A stretch of DNA of 59,259 nt, counting the filler. It is 5 parts of 5 records of this genome, joined end to end, with 100 filler letters (N's around TTAATTAATTAA, not from the genome) between each part and the next. Parts side by side here need not be neighbours in the genome. Positions count along the whole stretch, not along the records: positions 23,814 to 37,543 come from SRR20825019_2429; 4 more parts are not named here. One strand, written 5' to 3'. This document shows, in pieces, positions 27,001 through 37,389 of the stretch. Numbering within the stretch: the first letter of the stretch is position 1; each line of letters starts with the position of its first letter. The notes beneath the pieces are model-generated. The model was given only the letters and a program-made list of their open reading frames with translations. It was not told where the DNA came from and made no database searches. Made by a program: the position numbers and the translations under genes.

Positions 27001-29283
27001 CTAATTTGTGTAATAGTTGCTCTTGCCGCCGTAATAATAGCCTTGGTCACCATAGCCGTAACCACGATGCCGCTTCACATCAACCTGCGTAAGCACAGCG
27101 CCCGCGATCGGTACACCAGTTTGTTGCAGCTGCTTCACAGCGGTTTTAACGATGCCCTTGGCGGTCGATTCCCACTGCACAACAAACATGATGCTCTCGG
27201 CATATTTAGCGATGATCAATGCATCAGCAACTGCCATAACCGGCGGCGTATCGATCAGCACCAGATCATACTGTTTACGCGCTTCACCAAGGAACTGATT
27301 AAACTCAGGGCCCGCGAAACGTTTCTGCGGGTTATCGTCACGTTCCGCCCACAACACATGAACGCCGGACGTTTCATCCTGATAGATCGAACCACCGGAT
27401 TTGGTGGCCTTGCCGTTCAGCACGCTGTTCAGGCTGACATATTTACCCTCGTCAAGGCCGAGCCGCTTCCGAAGAACCGGGCGTCTCAAGTCAGCCTCAA
27501 CAACCAGGACCTTCAGCCCTGTGCGGCCAAGGATGTGCGCGAGACAAAGCGTAGCTGTTGACTTGCCTTCCCCCGGAATAGATGACGTAACAGCCAGCAC
27601 CTTTGGTGTCGCACCGCCAGCGCCACTGAACATCAGGGACGCATGAATGCTGCGGTGCGCTTCCGCGAAAGACGAGGTTGGTTTAGACACGATATATTTC
27701 TCGGGCCCCCCGCTTTGCAACACAGCTTTGCCCACAAGCGGGATCATGCCAAGTGGCCTGAGGTGCAGGTCTTGCCGAAGGATATCAGGGCTACGGTACC
27801 CGTTATCAAGCGCCTCCAGAAGGAAGGCAAGGCCGACACCAACGCCAACACCCGCAAACGCCACGAGCAGAAGGATCAGTTTCTTTTTAGGGAAGGATGC
27901 GATGGTGGGGATATCCGCTTCCGAAATGATACGGGCATCCGCCTGCTGCATACCGTCCTGGCTGGAGGTTTCCTTGAAGCGGGTCAGGAAGGTTTGAAGA
28001 AGCAGCCGGTTGGCTTCTGCTTCACGGTCCAGCTCTCGCATTTGCACTTGCGCGCGGCTGACGGTAAAGCTCTCTTGTTTAAGCCCATCCATGTTCTGCT
28101 CAAGCGTGCGCACACGAATTTCTGCGACCTCAGCCTCACCGCGGATACCCGCGACGATCTTGTTGATCTCAAGCGTGATCTTGTTCTTGATGTCCGCAAG
28201 CTCGGCCTCCACATTCATCATGCGTGGGTGCTTGGGACCATAACGGGTGCCAAGTTCCGCACGGCGACGCCGCACTTCCGATTCCTGTTCCTTGAGGCGC
28301 TGGATCAGCGGCGACTGCACCACCTCCAAAAGCCCTGAATCCTCAATATCACCATCAACGACATTCTGCTCGATCTGGCGTTGACGCGCTTGAACACGAG
28401 CCAGATCTGTTCGCGCGGTAACAAGCTGTGTATTCAACTGAGCCAGCTGTTGCTCGTTCACAAGGCCGGCTGATTGGGTCTGAATAAGCTGGTTGTCCTC
28501 CCGGAAGCGTTGCGCGGCTTGCTCAGACTGCCGCACTTTCTCACGAAGCTCAAAAACCCGCTCGTTCAACCACTCGTTCGCACGCTGCGTGGCTTCAAAC
28601 TTCACCTCCAGCTGGTCTGTCAGGTAAAGATTGGCAAGCGCGTTCGCGACACGTGCCGCTTTTTTTGGGTCAACCGATACAAATGACACCTGCAAAGTAT
28701 ATGATCGTGGCGGGTTACTCACCGCAAGACCGGTTGAGACATTATTGATAACCTTGGCGCGCACAGCGTGAGCGATTTCTTCCGGTGTGCGTGTATCCTC
28801 CTTGCGGCCTAGAATAGCGTCACTCCAGGCGTCAGGCAGGTAGCTAAAAGGATTGAGATAGGACAGCAGACTTTTTTTCTGATCCAGCTCGGGGTTGAAC
28901 TCCGGATCCTGAACGAGCTTGAGATTATCAACCAACTTGCCAACAAGCCTGCGCGACATAAGCACATCGATCTCAGTCTTGATCGCCGCCTGGTCTGTAC
29001 CAACACCAGACATCACGGCCTCAAGGTCAACGACACTGTTTTTACGTGTCTCGATCGCCAGCATTGCTTCAGCGGTGTAGCGCGGGGTCAGTTGGAAAAC
29101 AACGATCGCTGAGAGAACAATAAGAAACACGGCCGTGTTAACAATCACCCATTTTCGCCGCCACAATACCAGCAGGAGCGCGCGAATATCGATCTCACTG
29201 TCATCCAGCGGGCTTTGCTGGTTCTGCGGCACCGTTGGCGTTCGGTGTTCTTGGTCTGAATAATGATTGTCGTACATGGTCAC
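27001..29283 (-). CDS. wzc: Polysaccharide co-polymerase / BY-kinase (Wzc/GumC type)
   Basis: Wzz-like N-terminus EIDIRALL..LWRRK; coiled coil; Walker A GEGKS; DTPP; C-terminal Tyr cluster GYGYGDQGYYYG...YY. Confidence 0.93.
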   Translation of the reverse strand: MTMYDNHYSDQEHRTPTVPQNQQSPLDDSEIDIRALLLVLWRRKWVIVNTAVFLIVLSAIVVFQLTPRYTAEAMLAIETRKNSVVDLEAVMSGVGTDQAAIKTEIDVLMSRRLVGKLVDNLKLVQDPEFNPELDQKKSLLSYLNPFSYLPDAWSDAILGRKEDTRTPEEIAHAVRAKVINNVSTGLAVSNPPRSYTLQVSFVSVDPKKAARVANALANLYLTDQLEVKFEATQRANEWLNERVFELREKVRQSEQAAQRFREDNQLIQTQSAGLVNEQQLAQLNTQLVTARTDLARVQARQRQIEQNVVDGDIEDSGLLEVVQSPLIQRLKEQESEVRRRRAELGTRYGPKHPRMMNVEAELADIKNKITLEINKIVAGIRGEAEVAEIRVRTLEQNMDGLKQESFTVSRAQVQMRELDREAEANRLLLQTFLTRFKETSSQDGMQQADARIISEADIPTIASFPKKKLILLLVAFAGVGVGVGLAFLLEALDNGYRSPDILRQDLHLRPLGMIPLVGKAVLQSGGPEKYIVSKPTSSFAEAHRSIHASLMFSGAGGATPKVLAVTSSIPGEGKSTATLCLAHILGRTGLKVLVVEADLRRPVLRKRLGLDEGKYVSLNSVLNGKATKSGGSIYQDETSGVHVLWAERDDNPQKRFAGPEFNQFLGEARKQYDLVLIDTPPVMAVADALIIAKYAESIMFVVQWESTAKGIVKTAVKQLQQTGVPIAGAVLTQVDVKRHRGYGYGDQGYYYGGKSNYYTN

Positions 29284-29334
29284 AACCTAAACATCACCGG
29301 TCGACTATGATAAGCCTCCGGCGACGGCCTGAAA

Positions 29335-29901
29335 TTAGAAGAAGCGTTCCGGTACGCGAATGATATCTCCGGGCAGTACCAGTGTGGTGTCTTCGACGGT
29401 GATTTTTGTCTCTACCCCATCAACCCGGCGGGTGATGACAATTTTTTTCTCGTTCGCCCGATAAGTGAACCCTGATGCAAGCGCAATAGCGTTGAGAACT
29501 GTCATACTGTTCACATAGGGATAGCTGCCGGGCTTCTTCACTTCACCGAGAATATAAAACGGCCGATAGTTCAGCACCTCAATGCTGACCCGCGGATTGA
29601 CAAGATATCCATCCGCCAGCTTTGCGCTGATTAACTGTTCTGCAATCGCGAGATCGCGACCACCGATATTGACCGGTCCGATGAGCGGCAGAGCAACAAT
29701 ACCGGTGCCATCTAATTCAAATTCACCGGAAAGATCTTCTTCACCATAAACAATGACCCGGATCTTATCGCCAGAGCCAAGTTCATACCGTTCCACGTCA
29801 AGCGCCGGCGGTGTCGCTGGGCTCGATTGCGCATAAACAGTTTGGGCGAGCCCCATAAGGCTCGCCACACATAAGATTATCAAAACGCGAATTGTCTGCA
29901 T
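29335..29901 (-). CDS. Short polysaccharide export (OPX/Wza-like) protein
   Basis: YELGSGDKIRV Poly_export motif plus one SLBB domain; about 190 aa; no lipobox and no C-terminal outer-membrane helix. Confidence 0.9.
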   Translation of the reverse strand: MQTIRVLIILCVASLMGLAQTVYAQSSPATPPALDVERYELGSGDKIRVIVYGEEDLSGEFELDGTGIVALPLIGPVNIGGRDLAIAEQLISAKLADGYLVNPRVSIEVLNYRPFYILGEVKKPGSYPYVNSMTVLNAIALASGFTYRANEKKIVITRRVDGVETKITVEDTTLVLPGDIIRVPERFF

Positions 29902-29952
29902 TACCTCAACCAATGATTACTAACTGAACGCTCTATTGATCGAGGAGTATAC

Positions 29953-31245
29953 TTACCATTGACCCTTGATACCAACCATAAACGAATGACGCTCATAATC
30001 CTGGCCTTGCTGCGTCGTGCCGCGGTAGTCGTAACCATAACCCGCGTTCACATTAAAGTTCCGGCTAACCAGATATTTGAGGCCAAGTTTCGCACCCCAG
30101 ATTTCGTCTTCACGCGTGGTAAGTTCGAAATTCTGGCGAGTATAGCTCACGTCCGCATTCAAAAGCAGGTTGCGGCGTAGTTCATGCTCAACCCGACCGG
30201 ACACGAGCGTGGCAACGATACCGGAAGAATTGACAAAATTGCCGTTGCTATCGTTACCGCCAACTGTCGTCTCTTCGATCGACCGTTTCAGCGTGCCGCG
30301 GAATGATGTCAGGCCGGTCGCATTCCACAACAGGTCCGCGCCAAAGTTGATGCCGTCCGTGTTGTTGAGCGTATCCGAATCATAAGCGCGTTTCATGTAC
30401 CCGACATAAAACTCGCCTTTTGCTTTACCGGTAAAATCGAAAGCAGCACCTGCAACAGCTTCGTAACCATCAGAGTTACGCTGTGGGCCACCATCTTCTT
30501 TCGAATTGTCATATTCGATGCGGTCCATGGAACCACGGACAAAAGCTTCGTAACCGTTGGCCATTTCATAACCAACACGCATTGTGCCTTTGCGACGATC
30601 ACGGTCACGGTCATCATTGTTAAGAACACCACCGCCATTGAGCGCTACATCATCAAAATCACGCTTTACATACTCAGCGTCCACCGCGAATGACAGAATG
30701 GATACATCGCGCTTGAAGCCAACCGACGCCGTCATGACGGAAAGCTGGGTCTGCTCAGCAGCGTTACCAACAGCATCCGGTGAACCGCGATCCTCATGTT
30801 TCTGATCATAAGCCACGTTGCCGTGGAAATCAGTGCCGTAGGAAAGATCTTTCCGGCCATTGATGGCAAAACCATAATCTTCGTAGTTTTCGCCACCATT
30901 ATCGAGGTAACGACCGATATCTGCTTTTGCAGAAACAGCGAGGTAGCTCGAGTTCCAGTCGGAAACGAGATTGAAATTAGGTTTCACAACAGCGATGAAA
31001 TCGTCTGTCACGTTGCTTTCTTGAGCATAAATGTTTGAGTTGTATTTACCTTCAACACCAACGGCTGGGTAAAACAGGAAGCTGCCAGAGCGAATGCCCG
31101 GCGCATCATAATCTGGCCGTGCACGGTCATAAACAGACTTCACTTCATCACCTTCCGCAGCGGCATCCTGCGCAAATGCTGCAGGCGCAAGTGCGGTGCT
31201 GCCAAGCAGCATGGTGGCCAAAATCATGGTCTTTTGATTTTTCAT
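29953..31245 (-). CDS. Outer-membrane beta-barrel protein associated with polysaccharide export
   Basis: Signal peptide; RARPDYDAPGIR..F..YP N-terminus; amphipathic strands; terminal aromatic residue W; upstream of OPX and wzc. Confidence 0.85.
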   Translation of the reverse strand: MKNQKTMILATMLLGSTALAPAAFAQDAAAEGDEVKSVYDRARPDYDAPGIRSGSFLFYPAVGVEGKYNSNIYAQESNVTDDFIAVVKPNFNLVSDWNSSYLAVSAKADIGRYLDNGGENYEDYGFAINGRKDLSYGTDFHGNVAYDQKHEDRGSPDAVGNAAEQTQLSVMTASVGFKRDVSILSFAVDAEYVKRDFDDVALNGGGVLNNDDRDRDRRKGTMRVGYEMANGYEAFVRGSMDRIEYDNSKEDGGPQRNSDGYEAVAGAAFDFTGKAKGEFYVGYMKRAYDSDTLNNTDGINFGADLLWNATGLTSFRGTLKRSIEETTVGGNDSNGNFVNSSGIVATLVSGRVEHELRRNLLLNADVSYTRQNFELTTREDEIWGAKLGLKYLVSRNFNVNAGYGYDYRGTTQQGQDYERHSFMVGIKGQW

Positions 31246-31416
31246 CTATCTTACCCCAGTTTGTGGAGGATGCCGAAAATACACGGCACAACGCTATCTT
31301 TGAAAACTTACGCTAATATACACAGATACTTATTGATTTCTTTACTTCATAAGAGCTTGGAAGTCCATGGTTTCAATAATATTTTACCTTGTTGCGTGAA
31401 CGCAACACTAAAATAT

Positions 31417-32190
31417 TTAGGTTGTAGCCAAAAACCGCACGTCGCCACCTTCAAGAACAGCAGCGGTTAAAACCCCGGTTGCAAACGCGCCAGTGTCCAC
31501 CGCTATTCGGTTACCCGTATATTCAGGTTTTTTGACGCCTGTGTGACCATGAACAACACATACGCCGAAATTATGGCTGCTTGACGTGAATTCTTGCCGG
31601 ATAGTTGTCATGTCGCGTGACCGCTGCGCCTTGAGCGGAACTCCGGGGCGCAGGCCCGCGTGCACAAAAAAATAGTCCCCCAGCCGCCAGCTTGTCTGCA
31701 GGTTCTTGAGGAACCTGACATGGTGGTCCGGCATTTTGTGAATAAGCAGGTCAGATGCCACGAGTATGTCACCTGCTACATCTTCCGATTGTAGGTCAAT
31801 CCCGTAACTCACCAGCGTCGATGGCCCGCCAACGCTGAGCCACAACTGAGCCTCAACCGGGTCTTCCATAAACTGCAGCATCAGTTCTTCGTGGTTCCCG
31901 CGCAGAAAAATGGGCGTTATGCCAGGCATCTCAAACGTGGCCAAATGCTCAATCACATCAAATGATTGAAAGCCCCGGTCAACATAATCGCCAAGGAAAA
32001 CCACATAGGTATCTTCAACACCCCAATGAGCGGTGCGATCTTCATCAATTTGTGCGAGCAGCGCCTGCAGCAGATCATAGCGCCCATGAACATCACCAAT
32101 GGCATAAACAAGTGCGCCATCCGGCAGGTTCCAGTTCATTGGCCCTTCGGGCTCGGGATCACTTTTCCAGATTTTCCGCCAGAATGTCAC
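31417..32190 (-). CDS. Calcineurin-like metallophosphoesterase (PPP-type Ser/Thr/Tyr phosphatase)
   Basis: GDVHG, GDYVDRG, GNHE, HAG, HGHT and DTGA motifs. Confidence 0.93.
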   Translation of the reverse strand: MTFWRKIWKSDPEPEGPMNWNLPDGALVYAIGDVHGRYDLLQALLAQIDEDRTAHWGVEDTYVVFLGDYVDRGFQSFDVIEHLATFEMPGITPIFLRGNHEELMLQFMEDPVEAQLWLSVGGPSTLVSYGIDLQSEDVAGDILVASDLLIHKMPDHHVRFLKNLQTSWRLGDYFFVHAGLRPGVPLKAQRSRDMTTIRQEFTSSSHNFGVCVVHGHTGVKKPEYTGNRIAVDTGAFATGVLTAAVLEGGDVRFLATT

Positions 32191-32375
32191 GCAGGTTGGC
32201 TCCCAAACTTCGGTCGTTACAATGCTGCCAAGCTATAACAAATAAAAACCCGCACAACAAAAAAGGGCTGATATTGACGATCTGCTATACTGCTGCCTCC
32301 AGCTTCATGCGAGTAAGACGATGCTTGTTTACTTTCCTGAAGTGAGCCTAAGGTAAGGGGATGGAGGGTCAGTTT

Positions 32376-33137
32376 ATGCGCGTACAATCACACACAGCAC
32401 TTGTAACCGGTGGAGGTTCAGGTATCGGCCTCGCAGTGGCTCGCTCGCTGGCGGATCACGGTTTCCGTGTGATCATTGCCGGGCGCTCGACGGCGCGGCT
32501 TGAAGAGGCGACGAGCACTCACAAAGACCTTCACACTCTCACCCTTGATGTGACTGATGAGAAAAATGTCGGCGACGCCTTTGAAGGCCTAGTCGAGCGG
32601 GACATGATGCCCGACGTGCTGATCAATAATGCAGGCGCTGCGATTACAGCACCCCTTGAGCGCACAAACCTGAAGGTGTGGCAGTCCATGCTGGACGTTA
32701 ACCTTACCGGCGCTTTTCTCTGTACACGCGCGGTATTGCCCCACATGAAAGCCCAACAGTTTGGCCGCATCATCACTATCGCCAGCACCGCTGCGCTCAA
32801 GGGTTATGCCTATACGGCGGCCTATACAGCAGCAAAACATGGCATCCTGGGCATGACTCGCGCGCTGGCACTTGAGCTTTCCGGCACCGGTGTTACAGCC
32901 AACGCTGTATGCCCCGGTTTTACAGATACGGATATTGTGCGCACCTCCGTTCAGAACATCGTGGAGAAAACCGGGCGCAGCGCTAAAGCAGCCCTGCACG
33001 AGTTAACCCAGCATAACCCGGAAGACCGACTTATCCGCCCGGACGAGGTCGCAGACACGGTGCTGTGGCTCGCTGGCGAAAAAGCCAGCGCCATCAATGG
33101 CCAGGCCATCGCTGTTGCCTGCGGCGAAGTGATGTAG
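32376..33137 (+). CDS. SDR family oxidoreductase (3-hydroxyacyl-CoA dehydrogenase-like)
   Basis: TGGGSGIG, NNAG, YTAAK and NAVCPG motifs; alternative start at 32361. Confidence 0.9.
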   Translation: MRVQSHTALVTGGGSGIGLAVARSLADHGFRVIIAGRSTARLEEATSTHKDLHTLTLDVTDEKNVGDAFEGLVERDMMPDVLINNAGAAITAPLERTNLKVWQSMLDVNLTGAFLCTRAVLPHMKAQQFGRIITIASTAALKGYAYTAAYTAAKHGILGMTRALALELSGTGVTANAVCPGFTDTDIVRTSVQNIVEKTGRSAKAALHELTQHNPEDRLIRPDEVADTVLWLAGEKASAINGQAIAVACGEVM

Positions 33138-33196
33138 TCCTCACCAGAATCCTAAAACACGCTCTATCACTCTCCCCTCACACCCGCTTGAGTCCC

Positions 33197-33220
33197 ATTT
33201 AATTTAGTGCTAAAATAAAT
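33197..33220. promoter_or_regulatory. AT-rich palindrome, candidate MarR operator
   Basis: ATTTAATTTAG-tg-CTAAAATAAAT (11-bp arms, one mismatch), 38 bp before the marR start. Confidence 0.6.
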
Positions 33221-33258
33221 TTCTGATAGCCATTCAGGCAGCTATTCGAAGGGGCGAT

Positions 33259-33720
33259 ATGACGCATCATCCGGACATCAGCGAAGCGCAGCAGCGCGCG
33301 CTCAGAAGCTGGCTCAAGCTTCTCGGCAGCAGCAATGCGATCCGCAAGTCGCTGACCGCAAAAATGCAAGCTGCGCACGGTGTTTCCCTCTCCCGTTTTG
33401 ATGTGCTTGCGAACCTTTACCGCGCTGCAGAAGGCGGGGTGCGGCTGTCAGAACTTTCCAAACAATTGATGGTCTCGAACGGCAACGTCACGCAGGTCAT
33501 GGCACCGCTCCTGAAAGAAGGACTGGTTGACCGCAAGCCGTGCCCGAACGATGCGCGCGCCGCTGTCGCACGACTGACAAACAAGGGCGTTAAAACTTTT
33601 GAAGCCATGGCGACAGAGCATGCTTTGTGGGTCGAAGACCTGTTCGCAAGCCTGAGCGCCAGTGAGCAGCAAACCCTGCATGGCTTGCTTGAAAAGCTGA
33701 CAACCGCAGACACAGAATAA
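33259..33720 (+). CDS. MarR family regulator
   Basis: [25 protein letters not shown] and DARA...LT..G motifs. Confidence 0.93.
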   Translation: MTHHPDISEAQQRALRSWLKLLGSSNAIRKSLTAKMQAAHGVSLSRFDVLANLYRAAEGGVRLSELSKQLMVSNGNVTQVMAPLLKEGLVDRKPCPNDARAAVARLTNKGVKTFEAMATEHALWVEDLFASLSASEQQTLHGLLEKLTTADTE

Positions 33721-33733
33721 GAGGATCACATCG

Positions 33734-34552
33734 ATGGCCGACATGAACCCCAAAACATTCAAGCCCAAACATTTCCTTTGGCAGTTTGAAGATGGTGTCG
33801 CCACCGTCACGCTCAACCGGCCTGACCGGATGAACCCCCTGACGTTCGAGAGCTATGCGGAGCTGCGCGACACGTTTCGCACCCTTGTATACCTGCCCGA
33901 AGTGAAGGCTATCATCATGGCGGGTGCTGGCGGTAATTTCTCATCGGGCGGAGACGTGCACGAAATCATTGGGCCGCTCGTGAAGATGGATATGCCCGGC
34001 CTTCTCAAGTTCACCCGCATGACAGGTGATCTGGTCAAGGCCATGCGCGGTTGCCCACAGCCGATCATTGCTGCGGTGGACGGTATCTGTGTTGGCGCGG
34101 GCGCCATTATCTCCATGGCGTCAGACCTCAGGCTCGCCACCAAGGACGCCCGCACCGCTTTCCTCTTTAACCGGGTTGGCCTCGCGGGCTGTGACATGGG
34201 CGCTTGCGCCATCCTGCCCCGCATCATTGGTCAGGGCCGGGCGTCCGAGCTGTTATTCACCGGGCGCACCATGAGCGCGGAAGAAGGTGAACGCTGGGGT
34301 TTCTTCAACCGTATCGTGGCCAAAAGCAAACTGGCGGCGGAGGCAAAAGATCTGGCTGCTCGGTTGGCTTCGGGCCCGACCTTTGCGAACGGCATGACCA
34401 AAAACCAGCTCAACATGGAATGGGACATGAGCCTGGATGCCGCCATTGAGGCAGAGGCGCAAGCGCAGGCTATCTGCATGCAGACCAAAGATTTTGAGCG
34501 TGCCTATCACGCCTTTGTTGCCAAACAAAAACCTGTGTTTAAGGGGGACTGA
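33734..34552 (+). CDS. Enoyl-CoA hydratase family protein
   Basis: [17 protein letters not shown] and GLAGCDMGA motifs. Confidence 0.93.
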   Translation: MADMNPKTFKPKHFLWQFEDGVATVTLNRPDRMNPLTFESYAELRDTFRTLVYLPEVKAIIMAGAGGNFSSGGDVHEIIGPLVKMDMPGLLKFTRMTGDLVKAMRGCPQPIIAAVDGICVGAGAIISMASDLRLATKDARTAFLFNRVGLAGCDMGACAILPRIIGQGRASELLFTGRTMSAEEGERWGFFNRIVAKSKLAAEAKDLAARLASGPTFANGMTKNQLNMEWDMSLDAAIEAEAQAQAICMQTKDFERAYHAFVAKQKPVFKGD

Positions 34553-35736
34553 TGGCACATTCCCGCGCAGATAAAACCTTCCTGAGCTGGCCGTTTCTTA
34601 ACGACCACCACCGCACACTCGCGCGTGAGCTGGACAATTGGGCTTTAAGCACCCTGCCTGCCATCACGGACACCCCCGGCGCACATGATGATATAGACAA
34701 CACCTGCCGTGTGCTGGTGCGTGCGCTTGGCGCCGGTGGCTGGCTTCGCTATGCGGTGCCCAAAGCCTATGGCGGCGTGTTTGACCAACTGGACGTGCGT
34801 TCCTTATGTATCATACGCGAAACGCTGGCCCGGCATTCCGGCCTCGCTGATTTTGCCTTTGCCATGCAGGGTCTCGGCTCCGGCGCAATCTCCTTGGCAG
34901 GCAGTGAAGAGGTCAAACTCGCTTACCTGCCCCTTGTAGCAATGGGCGAAAAAATCGCGGCCTTTGCGCTCACGGAACCGGAGGCCGGGTCTGATGTCGC
35001 GCAAATCGCCAGCACGCTCGAGGAGAAAAAGAGCGGTTACCGCCTCACGGGCGAGAAAACCTATATCTCCAACGGTGGCATCGCTGATTTCTACTGCGTG
35101 TTTGCCCGCACGGGCGAAGCACCCGGCGCGCGTGGCCTGTCCGCCGTGGTGGTAGACGCGGACACCAGTGGCCTGAAGGTCAAGGAACGCATTGAGGTGA
35201 TCGCGCCGCACCCGCTCGCACGTCTCAAGTTTGATGGCTGCGTAGTCCCCAAGAAGAACCTTCTCGGCACACCGGGCGGCGGCTTCAAGCTTGCCATGCA
35301 AACGCTGGATATCTTCCGCTCAACGGTGGGTGCCGCAGCCCTCGGGTTCGCGCGCCGCGCACTTGAGGAAGCTGTCCGGCATACATCGTCGCGCAACCTT
35401 TTTGGTGCCCCGCTTGCAGACCTGCCGATCACACAGGAACGGCTGGCGGAAATGGCGCTTGATATCGACGCTTCAGCGCTTCTGATTTACCGCGCAGCAT
35501 GGACGAAAGACAGCGGCGCGCCCCGTGTCACGCGGGAGGCAGCCATGGCCAAGCTTTATGCCACAGACAGCGCACAAACCGTGATCGACAAGGCGGTGCA
35601 GATGTTTGGCGGCATGGGCGTCACCAAGGGCGTGAAGGTGGAAGAACTCTACCGCGAGATTCGCGCGCTACGCATCTATGAAGGCGCATCGGAAGTGCAA
35701 AAGCTGGTGATCGCCCGGCAGCTGTTATCTGAGTAG
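34552..35736 (+). CDS. Acyl-CoA dehydrogenase
   Basis: [27 protein letters not shown] and [11 protein letters not shown] motifs. Confidence 0.94.
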   Translation: MAHSRADKTFLSWPFLNDHHRTLARELDNWALSTLPAITDTPGAHDDIDNTCRVLVRALGAGGWLRYAVPKAYGGVFDQLDVRSLCIIRETLARHSGLADFAFAMQGLGSGAISLAGSEEVKLAYLPLVAMGEKIAAFALTEPEAGSDVAQIASTLEEKKSGYRLTGEKTYISNGGIADFYCVFARTGEAPGARGLSAVVVDADTSGLKVKERIEVIAPHPLARLKFDGCVVPKKNLLGTPGGGFKLAMQTLDIFRSTVGAAALGFARRALEEAVRHTSSRNLFGAPLADLPITQERLAEMALDIDASALLIYRAAWTKDSGAPRVTREAAMAKLYATDSAQTVIDKAVQMFGGMGVTKGVKVEELYREIRALRIYEGASEVQKLVIARQLLSE

Positions 35737-35775
35737 ACGCACCATTTGGGAACTTTGGGAGGGGAGCCCACAACT

Positions 35776-37380
35776 ATGCCCATAACAATGTATGAGAGCG
35801 CCCATATCGACACCTTTACGCGGGATAATCTGCCAAGCCCAGGCCTGTGGCCGGAGCTGAAGTTTACCCTGCCGGAGCTGACGTATCCTGAGCGTTTGAA
35901 CGCAGCGGCTGCGCTGCTTGCAGGCGGCGCGCCAGATGCCCCCGCCATTCTGTGGGAAGGCGGCGCATGGACCTATGCGGAGTTGACCGCTGAAGCCAGC
36001 CGCATCGCGCATGTGCTCACCGCTGATATGGGGTTGGTGCCCGGGGGCCGGGTGCTGCTGCGCGGACGCAATACAGCCATGATGCTGGCGGCGTGGTACG
36101 GCGTGCTGCTGGCGGGCGGCGTTGTTGTGGCCACCATGCCGCTTTTGCGCGCGCCGGAACTTGTCACCATCTGCAACAAGGCGGAGATCACGCTCGCGCT
36201 CAGTGAAAACAGCCTGATGGATGAGTTGGCAGTTGCCGCCAAGCTCACCCACAGCAAGCTTAAAATCATGGGCTTTGGGGAGGAGAGCACGGAACTTGAA
36301 GCGCATATGAAAGATAAGCCGACCGAGTTTACCCCGGTGGCCACCGCGCAGGATGATGTGGCGCTGCTGGCTTTCACCTCCGGCACCACGGGCCAGCCCA
36401 AAGCCTGCATGCATTTCCACCGCGATGTGCTCATCATGGCTGATACCTATGCCGCTCATATTGTAGAGCCCCGGGCGGATGATGTTTTCTGTGGCTCGCC
36501 CCCCATTGCCTTCACCTTCGGGCTTGGCGGGCTTGTGGTTTTCCCCGCGCGTTTTGGCGCGGCGGTCGCGCTGCCGAGCGGCCCAAGCGCGGACGCTTTC
36601 ATGGACACGATCGAACGGCATGGTGTCACCATCATCTTTACCGCGCCCACAGCCTACCGCGCCATGCTGGGGCAGATGGAAGGGCGCAGGCTCTCAAGCC
36701 TGCGGCGCTGTATCTCTGCGGGCGAAACATTGCCAGAGGCCACCTATCATGCGTGGCTTGAAGCCACCGGCCTCAAGCTGATGGACGGTATCGGCGCGAC
36801 AGAGATGATCCATATCTTTATCTCGGCTCCTTATGATGAGATCAGACCCGGCAGCACGGGCAAACCCGTACCCGGTTATGAGGCCTGCGTGCTGGATGAT
36901 GAGGGCACCATACTCACGCCCCCTGCCACCGGGCGGCTGGCGGTCAAGGGCCCAACCGGCTGCCGCTATATGGCAGATGAGCGGCAGAAAACATATGTGC
37001 AGGAGGGCTGGAACGTCACCGGCGATACCTACAGCCAAAGCGCAGACGGCTATTTCACCTTTATCGCGCGGTCAGACGATATGATCGTCTCTTCCGGCTA
37101 TAACATTGGCGGGCCGGAGGTTGAGGCCGCGCTGCTGGCGCATGACGCGGTGGCGGAATGTGCTGTCATTGGCGTGCCGGACGCTGACCGTGGCCAGATC
37201 GTGAAGGCTTTCGTGGTCACCACAAAAGATATTGCCAGCAGCGATGCCCTCGCGGATGAGCTGAAGGCCCATGTCAAAAAAACCATCGCGCCCTATAAAT
37301 ACCCGCGCGCCATCACGTTTATTCATGAGCTGCCCAAAACACAGACAGGCAAGGTGCAGCGCTTTAAATTGCGGTCCTGA
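35776..37380 (+). CDS. Aryl-CoA ligase (2-aminobenzoate-CoA ligase-like)
   Basis: SAHIDTFTRDNLP N-terminus; FTSGTTGQPK, DGIGATE and LPKTQTGKVQRF motifs; start codon uncertain (35776 or 35788). Confidence 0.88.
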   Translation: MPITMYESAHIDTFTRDNLPSPGLWPELKFTLPELTYPERLNAAAALLAGGAPDAPAILWEGGAWTYAELTAEASRIAHVLTADMGLVPGGRVLLRGRNTAMMLAAWYGVLLAGGVVVATMPLLRAPELVTICNKAEITLALSENSLMDELAVAAKLTHSKLKIMGFGEESTELEAHMKDKPTEFTPVATAQDDVALLAFTSGTTGQPKACMHFHRDVLIMADTYAAHIVEPRADDVFCGSPPIAFTFGLGGLVVFPARFGAAVALPSGPSADAFMDTIERHGVTIIFTAPTAYRAMLGQMEGRRLSSLRRCISAGETLPEATYHAWLEATGLKLMDGIGATEMIHIFISAPYDEIRPGSTGKPVPGYEACVLDDEGTILTPPATGRLAVKGPTGCRYMADERQKTYVQEGWNVTGDTYSQSADGYFTFIARSDDMIVSSGYNIGGPEVEAALLAHDAVAECAVIGVPDADRGQIVKAFVVTTKDIASSDALADELKAHVKKTIAPYKYPRAITFIHELPKTQTGKVQRFKLRS

Positions 37381-37389
37381 CAGTGAACA

